The notes under the pieces: model-generated | Seen by the model: only the letters and a program-made list of their open reading frames with translations | What the model was told of the DNA's origin: nothing | The model's database searches: none | NCBI GenBank assembly: GCA_002633005.1 | Contig: NMRA01000394.1 | Span: 360,486 to 424,485 of the forward strand | Direction of reading: 5' to 3' | From: Phoronis australis | Taxonomy: Eukaryota; Animalia; Phoronida | DNA: 64,000 nt | Translations under genes and position numbers: made by a program | In this document: positions 1-11,523 of the stretch, piece by piece | Layout of the letters: each line of letters starts with the position of its first letter | Position numbering within the stretch: the stretch's first letter is position 1

Positions 1-813
1 CCTAGATACTGTATAGGAATCAACGGCAGTTATACTGTTTTATTGCACATATGATCGGAAAGTTCATTGAATAAACAAATTGTGGTAACTCATGAATATA
101 TTTCCTGCTAATAGTCCTGGCAAATTTGTTGGAATTCAGAATACCAGGTCCAACACAAAAAATTTGTCCCGATAAACTTTTAGAAGAAAAAATAACAGGA
201 TTACTTCCTCTTCACATGGTAATGGCACATTTATTCTCTACCAAACATAAAAAATCCTAAGCACCATCCCGAAGGACCAATCCTCCTCTTTCTCGGAACA
301 TGGCCTAGAAAAAAATCCTGCCGGCATGCCATTTTTAGGGCTTAAGTTAAATGATGTTTTGCCTCCTTGCGAAATCCTAGAACTGCCATGGGACACTCAG
401 GCATTCCTAGTTTATTACCTGTTATGTCTGCCATAGCGTAACTTACGAATACCAGGACAGGACCTAAATACGTAAATTTCAGATTCTACTTTATTTTTAT
501 TTTGGCAGTGAATTAGAGCCCTGGCTGAACTGAAAAACATCACTTTTTGATTGAGAATCTATGGGATACAATGGTACTTTTCACTTGTCAATTAAAATCA
601 AAATTTCACAACAGCACATAATTCAATCATCTGATTTCGTTGGTTACTTTCATGAGCATTCGAACACTCAAAATGTAACTGATCAGTATTCACTCCGTAT
701 CAAAAACTTACATGTAGAGAGCGTGTAGCAAAACAGAAAATGGAGAATGCTACAACATAGCACACAAAGTTCTACTTGTTCATGAGCGCTTAACCATGAC
801 TGTTATGTTTCTT

Positions 814-1170
814 CATTTGATAGAGTATACCCTTTAAAAGAATCCACATGCAAAAATTCACATCATTTGCTCTTCTCGTTCAAAATGACACTGTAGAATC
901 ATTGAAAATGAGTGAAAATGCGCCAGATCTGCCATCTTGAAAACGACTTCTGGTTAAACAGCATTTGATAATTGCCAATCACAAGAAACTAATACATGAC
1001 AAATTTCGGAGTGTTTGGTCTGAATCATGGTATCCTTTATAAACCCCTCCTCCAATTGCAAATTATGTCTGGCTCATTTTGAAAATGTCCTGACAGATTT
1101 TGACACTTCAAGACAAATGCGCAGGACCTAGAGAACATAGCAAAATCTCTGAAGTCCGCGGGTATGTTTT
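814..1170 (-). repeat. Interspersed repeat copy A, inverted partner of 2290-2633
   Basis: Reverse complement matches 2290-2633 nearly base for base (AAACATACCCGCGGACTTCAGAG...GGGTATACTCTATCAAATG). The ORF track gives the same peptide NIPADFRDFAMFSRS on opposite strands. Confidence 0.9.
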
Positions 1171-2289
1171 TTGCTCTTTGTTCTCCAAAACACTTGTTCC
1201 ATGATTTTGCATGAAGGGCTTTCAAAAATCAACCTTTATGATTTTCATGCATGTTCATTTTTGTGTCTCTTTCTTCCCATTCTTATATCATAATTGCACA
1301 ACTTGATTTTCCCAATTTCATGACTTCACATCAATGGGAAATTCCATTGAAAAATGGGCACATCCACCCAGGGCTTCATACAGGTTTTCCAAGACAGGCT
1401 CCAAAAAGAGGTTCCCAGTATTCCAGGGCATCCATGATTCCGACAACGCGTAACTCCCACCCCCACCAACGTTCACCAGCAATCCTCCCCCCCCCCCACA
1501 CACAGTGAGGCTTTTTACAAAAAAATGTGTAGACCAAGGCTTTTACATCGTTTACAAAAATTGCCCAATGTAGTGAGCTTTTTACTAAAAAACTTTAACG
1601 TCTAAACTATGAAAACAGCCAAGTAACTTACAAAACAAATATTAGTGATACTGGTTGAAAGATGAGTGCATTATGTTTCTGGTGATATCAAGTCAAATTG
1701 TTGTTATGAATTTTATCCTATCACCTTAACTAGCTTTTATATTCTGTACAATGAGACATCACAGCTCCAGTTACCAACAAAGAGAAATGCACAAATGATG
1801 TGTGGTTTACATTTTGGCAACAAGTGTCACACGTGTTCCATATTGAAACTTCAAAATATATGTTGAAAAGCATGAAACAAGAACAAACTCAACATTTTTA
1901 AATAGGCATGTTCTTGTGGCAAACCAAAGACGTGCCAATGCTTGACTGATCTTCGATTCTCAATACTTTGAACAAAATTTGAACATTGCAACATTATATA
2001 TTGCAAGAGCCAGCACTATCAACTCTTCGAGTGTATTCTCGCTTAAACTATCACTCAACCAACCAATCAGATGTGCCTCTTTCAATAACTGGACTTCCTA
2101 GTAATCATTTGAAATTCCCCTTACAATGTGGGTGTCAAAACTTACGACATTCTGATTGACACTGGGTGTCCAAATGATACATTGGGCGCCTTGCCAGGGT
2201 GTCCAGATTAGTGCTAGGGTGTCCACATGGAAGACCAGGATGTATGCAACATGAAGGCCACGGTGCACACATACAGTACCTCAATAAAC

Positions 2290-2633
2290 AAAACATACCC
2301 GCGGACTTCAGAGATTTTGCTATGTTCTCTAGGTCCTGGGCATTTGTCTTGAAGTGTCAAAATCTGTCAGGACATTTTCAAAATGAGCAATTGGAGGAGG
2401 GGTTTATAAAAGATTCAATGATTCAAACCAAACACTCCGAAATTTGTCATGTATTAGTTTCTTGTGATTGGCAATTATCAAATGCTGTTTAACCGGAAGT
2501 CGTTTTCAAGATGCCAGATCTGGCGCATTTTCACTCATTTTCAATCCTTCTACAGTGTCATTTTGAACGAGAAGAGCAAATGATGTGAATTTTTTGCATG
2601 TGGATTCTTTTAAAGGGTATACTCTATCAAATG
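2290..2633 (+). repeat. Interspersed repeat copy B; its 3' part recurs degenerately at ~3470-3900
   Basis: Inverted copy of 814-1170. The TTTTGCATGTGGATTC...TATACTCT and GACTGATTTTG...GTTGGTTTACCT segments recur at ~3555-3850. A related terminus GTCCGCGGGTATG occurs at ~52923. Confidence 0.85.
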
Positions 2634-3965
2634 TTCTGCAACAATTCTCAGACTTACCGTAATTGAATTATTTGACTTTCAATTTCAAAAAATGCAAAAT
2701 TTGAAAGTTTTCGAAAAAGTTTATGAATTTTATAAAACTAAATCATTACATCTATAGAGTTTTGAAAGTGCTTTCAGAAAGTGATTTTCATTTTTCACTA
2801 GGATGCCTACTTTTTGAGTTATAGAAGATTTTCTGAAAACGCTACATTTCTTTTTTGACTGATTTTGTTGCACTGTTGTTGGTTTACCTTCTATTGAACA
2901 AGATTGTAGCCTATTGCTTACTGACTTCTGACACCCTAGTTGGTCGTATGAATGTGATCATCATGTTCATCATCGCCACCATAATCATCATTGTCGTCAT
3001 CATTTCCATCGTCATCTCTTCAGATAATTTCGCCAAATGTTGCTCTTCTGAGCGCTTTCATTCCTTTTTTTTGTTCGCACTCTACAGACCGCATTTTTTT
3101 ACCGATTCGCATGACATCTGCACACAACCGGTATCTCCGAAAGAGCTGGAAGCCTATATTATTTTGGTCATGATCAGATTCAAAATGGCAGACATAGAAG
3201 CCATTTTGTTTTCAAATTCAGATTCAAATGCTCATAGAGGCTGCAATTTTTGACGTACACGGCTGAAAATCGGTACAATTATAGTACTTTTGATGAGTTC
3301 CAAAACTCCTAAATGCTTCTGGTCAAAGATGGCGGAAATATTGGTCATTGTGCATACGACCTCAATTTTGGGACGAAAACGTTTTGTCCAGTTGAGGGTG
3401 CATTGTAGGACCAACTGCTTCGAAATTTTTTATGTGTTAGTTTTCTTTAGCTATAGCTATTATCAAGTGCTGTTTAACTGGAAGTTGCTTTCAAGATGGC
3501 GGATATGACACATTTTCATCCATTTTCAATCGTGCTGGGTGCCATGACATGAAATTTTGCATGTGGATTCTCTGATGTATACTCTTTCGAATGACCTGTA
3601 ACACTTTTTTCGCATACTTACCATTTTTGAGTTAACTGACTTTCAATTTAAAAAAAATGCCAAAAATTTTAAAATTTTCAAAAATTTTATGGAATTCTGT
3701 GAAATTAAAGTTTTAGATAGAGTTTTGAACGGGCTTTCACAAAATTTTTCCATTTTTTTCTAGGACACCTATTTTTTTAATTATTTGAAATTTTCGGATT
3801 ACGGTGTTCCTTTGTTGACTGATTTTGCTGCACTTTTGTTGGTTTACCTTATATTGAATGGGACTATAGTTCTTACTCATTTCAGACATCTTCGTTCGTC
3901 ATATGAATGTTCATCATCGCCACCACCATCATCATCGTCGTCGTCAACATTATTATCTCCATTGG

Positions 3966-6318
3966 CAGGGCTCGACATAATGAGCTGCAGGTCGCATTTG
4001 CGACCTGAAATTTGGAAATGCGAGCTGAGATTTTTGTCAGCTCGTATCGACTCGCAAAATGCGACCTGGAATTTTCAGTGTATGCGAGCTGAGTTTTTAC
4101 ACTTCTCAACAGATACCTGGCAAATATAAACCAACTCTTGTGAATCCAACCGTTATTTGGTTGTTGCCAAATCCAAGTTCAAAAGAACACTAAGCGAGAA
4201 CAACCCTCCCGATGACTTGTAAACAAGTCGCGTGAACATGGGATATGCAGAATCGATCTTTGACGCGTTTCATTGGCTAACATTTTCGGCTACTTTTGTA
4301 AATTTCTGGATTCGCCGAAGAAAGTTTCGGGCCACAGCATAACACGTGAGAAAACAGCAGTGTTTCTATTCTTAAGTGATCAACTTACCAAACTTTGTGA
4401 TGGAGAAATAAGTTTGTTTTTCGCGTAAGATGTCCTTATAACATGTACCAAATATCCACGACAATATCCCTGATATCGCACAGCGGCACTGGTCGTGACT
4501 TAGAGATGTGCGTCTCGTCTTTTTATCGCATAAGACAGCCAAAGTGAAAATGACAACTCTATTAATCGCCAAACGACGGCCACGTGTTCACTTTCAGTTG
4601 CTTAGAAATTCTCTAACCCTTACTTGTTTCTTGGACTACGTGCGCAAAATATGATTTGTCATTCACACGTTGTTGCCAACGTAAAGTGTAGGCCTACTCT
4701 AGCGATTCAAGTGCGTGAACTTGCGCGTGCGCACCACTTCAAAGCTGCACATCAAAAGAGAACAGTGACAGTCCTAAATGAAAGGGTATACCGGCTTGGC
4801 TCTGTTAAGCACCCGGGTACGTGCCAGTGGTTTATTTGAATAATGAGCTCGTAGATTCCCGGCGGTTATAAAAGATCCGATGCTTTACAATATTCTCCAG
4901 GACCGATATAACCCAGAACTGATATTTTCCTGTGATGATGCATGCGCGCACCCAGCCTTCAATATGGGGGGGCTCGTATTGTTAACGTTGTGGACCTTTT
5001 GGTAACAAAACAGCCGGTGGACTAAAAAAAGGCGGACGCACCACTCTGAATTGCGCGTTTGTACTTGTTTAGCGGACTTTTGTCTCATTTTCTTGGACTT
5101 TTTGTTTCTCACAGGCGGACCTTTTTGCCCACTTCGCCAAATGGGGGGCTCATTCAAGCCACCCGAACCCCCCCCCCTGGGTGCGCTCATGCGATGCTTC
5201 CCGAGGTCGATGTTGCCTATATTCTATGCCCGTAGCCAGCTATTGCAACTAACCGGGTACTAGAGGCTAACGACTATGCTCACGCACAAGTCTACTCTCT
5301 ACCTTTGAAGTGTTACATAATAAGCACTCACTGACCTACTAAGCGTTCCCCCTCAACTTTTGAAAATTTCCAATTAAGCGCCCAAAGTTCAGGCCATCAC
5401 AGCGTACTACAAATGACCGCGCGTAGTTTAAAATTGACATGCAGCTTGTATAGAGTGTCGGTCTCATTTTACACAACAAATTCAAAAAACGTCTTTTCTC
5501 AATAAGTAAAAACCAAATCCCGGCTTTGTTTCATACCTCGGAAAGAAAGTTAAAACTAGTGACATGCGTGTCGTTTTGTGACTGACCCATTTTTCCCGCA
5601 CTTGGAAGGTACTGAGGAGCAAACTCGAGTTAACCGATGGAAACCCGCACGGAGTCGGGAATTATTTTGAAGCTATTCATTTCATGGAAAAAAAATTGTT
5701 GAGTACGCAAACAGCATAAGTGTCATATTTTTGAAATTTGCACTGAATTGTTCCCACGCATCCAAATACGTCATTCGGTTAGGGCACCGTTTCACGGATT
5801 TTTTTTGACAAATGTTTTTCAAACGTCTAGTTAAGTAGTAAAATTTGGGCTGCGAACAAAAAGTGGAGGGAATTAGCACTCCTAACGACTTCGATGACAC
5901 CCAGTAGCAGGTGAGAACTAACAAAATCGTGGATACTTTTTCAACGGGCATTTTCTCCATTTTCACACTGGAGTGCACGTTTCAGTGAGAGAGCTCTGAT
6001 TAAACTTTCACATAGACAACTTGCCGTGTGCTCTAGAGCCTTTCAATGGTGGTCATGAAGAACAGTAACGCCGTACCTGCATGAACGAACCCAATTTTGC
6101 GATCTGCTTTATTGTGAGTGTTTAACGCCTTAGGTAAGAGCATATAATTAATCTTAACATTTCTCGATTATCTAAAAAGTCAATTTTGGCGCGTAAAAAT
6201 GGCGAGAAAATTTTGCGACCTGGCATTTATGAATGCGAGCTGGATTTTGAAAATGCGAACTGGGATATTGGCTAGATCGCAAATTGCGACCTGGCGATTT
6301 TAATAGCGTCGAGCCCTG
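3966..6318. mobile_element. Non-autonomous DNA transposon with TIRs and 5-bp TSD (hAT5-like)
   Basis: 11-bp perfect TIR CAGGGCTCGAC...GTCGAGCCCTG. ATTGG flanks both ends (3961-3965, 6319-6323). Subterminal TGCGACCTG/TGCGAGCTG motifs are repeated at both ends. Confidence 0.85.
4941..5191. mobile_element. MITE (CATGCGCGCACCCAG family) nested in the 3966-6318 element
   Basis: TIR CATGCGCGCACCCAG...CTGGGTGCGCTCATG. Flanks TGATG/CGATG. Related copies at 28055-28169 and ~33815-34060. Confidence 0.75.
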
Positions 6319-9300
6319 ATTGGCAATGAGGTCTTGCCAGTTAATTTCGCCAAGTGTCACTCCTTCGAGCGCTTTCATTACTTAGGCATAAGGGTTGGTA
6401 CTTGGTTTAGGCTAGCCAGCCAGCTAACTGTATGATGACTGTCGTCAAAATACAGCTAGCTGTATATTGTAGTGAGACGTCACTTGACCTGTCTCACTGC
6501 TGCGCTGGCCTTCTGCCGCGCGCGCCCTCTGTCGGCATCGAGAGACGACTGCTGTTCGTCTTGGAGACTGCCGACGTTGGCTGTCCGGCCCATATGCCGG
6601 TAATGGCCAATGAGGGCGCATCATGAATATTAATTAAGCGGCCCTGCGGCCGATACACATGTTTGGATGCAGAGTGGCATTCGATACCCAGACCACACAC
6701 CAAAGCAGAACTATTGAGCTCGACCACGGACAACTAAGATGTAAGGTAAGACACCTTTGAAGAATCACTACAATATTTATAATACCAAGGCTAGGTTTAG
6801 GCCTACCATATAGGCTACAGCAAACACATTTGACACTTTAAAACCTATCTCAACAAGTGTGTAGTCGAGATCAAATTTAAATCGGTTTACAGACCTACTA
6901 GGGTACGTGTTGACTTGGGTTTTGGTCGACCTGGATACTGGATAGGATCTGACCTGTGACAGTGAGCCTGGCGACTGGCCGCGGGACTCGAAACTGCATT
7001 GAATACTAACTTACCTTTAACGCACTGGTCATTAGCAAGTCTCAATATGAAGAGGCTGTGGTTCAGCGCAAATAAAATGCTAACTTAGCTGAAAACAGCT
7101 GCAAATTAGCAACAGATTGAGCAAATTTGACCCACATGAACGCCGGATAGACAACCATTTTCCTATCACGTGACCTGAAGGATTCCCTCACCTCGCTTTG
7201 GTAAACGGGAAATGCCGCTTGAGCAGGTTCGATGCACTCAGTGTCTATAACTCTTCGTCAAGGGTCAAAGAACGTTTATGTCAAACGACATGGGTATTGC
7301 AAAACTTAGTGTTTTTTCTTCATTCGTCTTTTTATTTAGGTTTAGATTGCTACAAATAGGTGGTTATGAGACAATTAAAAAATCCCAAGAAAATTACCCC
7401 GGTCAAGCCTCAGCGAACCGCAACTTCACTGAGTTGAGGACAGTAGGCCTAGATCGACGAGCCGCGCCTGCTTTCTTCCCATGCAGCCGAGATCTTTTTT
7501 ACCTCTACCTGCACAATTTCCGAAGGAATCCACCGTGACACACGTGTCCTCGAAGGTAAAACGGCTGCAATAATCGCAGAATTCTTTTTTCTTTTTTTTC
7601 CTAAACAAGAATGAATGGACTCGACAGCTAGACACAGTCCAAGAGTTATTATCTCTGAGGCGATGGATGTTACAGGTGTGTCGCCGGTGACTTTCCAGCA
7701 GTCACTGGTACGGTGCGCGGCTGTACTGCTATGCGGCTGGGTTTAAGATATTTTACAGGCCTAACTATACTTAATTCCCGTACCAGGACTATTTTCAAAA
7801 AGATGTTGACTTGTTTACGATTGGGAAAGTCAGACCTTCAAGTCCGTTATTTCCCGGCGGCTACCGATAATCGTTTTTAGGGTTTCAGGCTTTTGTTTAG
7901 TACAGTCTCACGGTTTTGATTCAGTGTTTGGGCCGCATGTCTCAATGTGCTACGGCACACAAACATTTTTTGTTGGTTTCATGACCAATTTAATAATTTT
8001 TCTTCTTTAATTATAAGCCATCACTTTTGCTGCCCAATAATCATAAGCTTATAACATTTATCAAAATTGAAAAACTGGTACCCGATTATTACATCATCGT
8101 CAGGTCACTTTTTAACGTTAGTGGTTTTATGCTATCGCAAAATTAGGAGGCGAGAGGCAATTGAGTCCGGTTTCTCCGTGAGTGACCCTATAAGAAAAAG
8201 GCTTAAATAAGAAAAATGAGAAACGGGAGAGCCACGGATGCCACCATTGACAGGGAACCAATCCAGATGCTCGGATTCTTATCAGACGATTTCAGACATG
8301 AACGGGAAAAGATATGGTGACAAATTACTCCAGTATCCTTTGCCATAAAGATATATCTTTGTATATCATCTCCTAAAAATTGTCATATCGAGTTTGCTGT
8401 GAAACATCTTTACATAACAAGTTGTCTTGGGCTGTTACAAAGTAGGTGTGAAAAGATGTACAGTTTAAGTGAGCATTAAAACAACCCGCATACTGCAAAA
8501 ATGGGAACACCCTAAGAAAGTAAAAATGTCTGAGACCAAACTGTTAGTCCAGCATCCAATGGCGGCTGTTCCTTCGCGGTCGTTGTCCCGCCCGTGTCCC
8601 ATACGTTTCTGTTAAGCCCCCTGGCGGGTGTAGCGCCCCCTCAGCTTCATGAACTGTCAAGTACATAGTGCAAATTTATTATGAGGGTCTTCCAAAAGGC
8701 CGGGACACTTGAGACAGGGAAAGATGTATACTTTCACATGAACAGGATATCAATGGCAGTAGCCTACTTCATCAAACGCCACCCTCCGAGAGCGTTCCCC
8801 TTGAGAGGAGAGTAAAATAATACGATTAATAGTTTGACGGATGAAGTCACCATCGGAGGCCACCGTCTTAGATTCCCCTGGCACTAAAGGGACTTTGATA
8901 TGAAAGGGTATCGTTTGGAAAATAAGAAAAAAGACAACAATACTGACGCTATCATCAAGTTCCCGTCCGTGACGGAACAATAAATATTTAAAAACGGTAA
9001 AGCAATCAACTCCTTTACCAGAGAGCGATTGCGAAAGGAACGGGGCCTCTGCCTTACAGGAATTTTATTTGCGTCTTTGTGTTTCTCTATAGCTGCCATT
9101 TTGAAAACCATTGTAATTTACCGTATTTATCATAAAACGTTGACTTGTTTCAGTTATTCTGTCTCAACAGACTGCTTTGATATATGACGGGGACACTATA
9201 ACTACACTTTTCCATTTTCGAAATTAGCAACGAAGAATAAATTTTATAGATGACTCAGTTTAAATTTAGGTTATGGCCAATTGTTTTTCTAAAGAGGAGA

Positions 9301-11355
9301 AAGAGTGGTCAACTTTTATGAAGCACTTAGCATTCAAACTTCAAAGCATACACGTATACGTTATAATGCTAGCGAATATAATACCATGGTACGAGTTGGA
9401 CATATTTTATATAATGTATCAAGTAACTAGGGAATCGTTCTCTTTGGATTTACTTCATACCTACTGTTTTTTTTTCTTTGCCCTTAAGGCTCGCATTTAC
9501 GCCGAGAAAGCATTTTCTACAGGAAATGTGTCTTTTGGAATTTCATTGAAATAATTGTGAATATCAAGTTTTCTCTAACTTTCGAAAAGCTAGGTAAATC
9601 CAAGTGCGTGCAGAAGACACAAATTACAAAAAAATAATAAATGAGACTCCCCAACAAAAATGGCAAAGTTACCCCCAAACTGTAAATTAAGCGAAAACTT
9701 GGTTGTGACTGCCATAGGCGGACTAGATGGGACAGCTGATCCCATATTGGTGAACGAGAGACATCGCAAACTCTGTATAAATGGATGTTACCAGAAATGT
9801 ATTCTGATAATATGAACATGTATATGCAGAGGTAAACTGAGATTAAATAAGGTTCGTGCATCAATTTATCACACGGCGGGCATTGCCACTGACAAGAAAA
9901 TCACCTAGTAAATGTTCGGCCAAAAAACCGCAGAATCAAGACATATGCCATGCAAGCGGCCAAAAAATTTATGTGATACTGTTTTGAAAACAACAAATAG
10001 GCTTTTTCCTAATCGGAAGGATTAAATTTTGGAAAATTGACGACGACTACTACATGTATTAGTGATGGAATGAGATACAGGTGTCACGGTATTTGAATGT
10101 CAAAAACGTGGATGTTAAATCCGAAAGTATTTGTTCTGAAAACAGTTATAAGGAAAGCGATAAATCACCCTGTGCTGACCAAACTGTTGCAAGTGAGATT
10201 GTAGCACGTTCATCTCGCCGTCCCGCTCCAGGATAACTTTCCCCGTATCTGGTCACATTTCTTTGCTCGCGGACGGACAAAACCCGCTGCCGCTCATTAT
10301 TAACAAACATTATCAATATATCAGCATTTGTTTTTGTTTTTTTTCTTTTTCATAGCTTAAGGCAGTACTTGTGAAATGGTTCTGTTTAAAACGAATAGTA
10401 GAAATGTGTTCACAAGTAGAGACTTTCATTCACATTTGATTTCTTCGTCGGGATTTAAGTTATGGGAAGTGTCGATCCACTACAAGGGAACGGTGTGCGA
10501 AGCTATAGAACTAAGTGCCAGTCGCGGTACATGGGATAATGTGCGCGTCAGGCCAGCCGCCGTGGGTAGGGACAAATAGGTGCCTCGATTAAAATGTTCA
10601 CAAAAAATAGTACCATGGAGTTCACGTGGTTTCTGAATTGCAATCGTACATTTAGTGCACTAAGCATTCTAAGAAATTGGTTTTGATTAATTCTTTATGC
10701 AGGTTGAGTACATCATTCTGAAATAAATTGGCGTATCGGTGTAGTTGATGATATTCAGTCACCATCTATCTGATTTTACCTCGTTACAATTAAGTTACCG
10801 AGCTAGACTTCGGGGTGGGGGTGGGATTGGTAACGTCGACTCGGAAACGCAGAGATCGAGTGTTGGGGAAGAGGAATTTGCAAAGTTGGGGCGATCGCCG
10901 GTGGGTGCGAAAAACGTTCCGAACTTGGCGACCTATCGACTATGGGAGAGTCTCGGCAAAGGTCGAATCTGTCTGTGACCCTAATGAACATTGACACTTC
11001 TGGCCCTTATGAGTAGAAACCTACGAGGAAGCGAACTGTGGGTTATATTGCATTGTCAAAGTGGATTGAAGCCCGTGGCTGAGAACTTAAGACCGGTGAT
11101 TTGCGATATCGTCGTCAGTGTTCTAAAGAAGCAATCCCCGCTTTATTCAATAAGCATCCATACAAAAGCGCGCCCAATCTCGCAAATACGCGCCACCTAA
11201 AGGAGACTTTACGGGTGAATGGCCAAAGATAGAGGTTGCCTGATTTAGTCACCTGAGGTTTGCTGTAGTTGTGTAGAGTAGAAGTACTATTGGTAGTGTC
11301 GTATCCAGAACTCTTACAAACCTCTCACCTACAAGAACGACTGGAGGGAGAGGCC

Positions 11356-11523
11356 ATGAGTGAAGACGCTGAGAAGGGCCCTGAACAAGCTCCTGCTAGC
11401 GAACCGACACCGGCACCGGCAAGCAGTACACGTAGTGTCAACCAGCCCCCTCCAAGAGGACCTATAAAACTCGATAAGGGTTACGTAATCACGCTACCTG
11501 CGCTAATTAAAGTAGCAGAATTG
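11356..11523 (+). CDS. MARVEL gene exon 1 (MSEDAEKG...IKVAEL)
   Basis: GCCATGAG start context; donor TTG|GTGAGT; 168 nt. Confidence 0.88.

Noticed and set aside
2855-4129. Hydrophobic ORFs of 132 and 114 aa
   Set aside because: They derive from repeat copies and (CAT/CGT)n low-complexity runs, with no splice or homology support.
6432-6733. GC-rich ORFs of 64 and 79 aa as exons of a leftward gene
   Set aside because: No recognisable domain, an in-frame stop before the nearest donor-like site, and weak splice signals.
11269-11355. N-terminal extension of the MARVEL protein from the TTG start in the ORF track
   Set aside because: It is a non-ATG start in a eukaryote. The ATG at 11356 has a good context and gives a typical family length.
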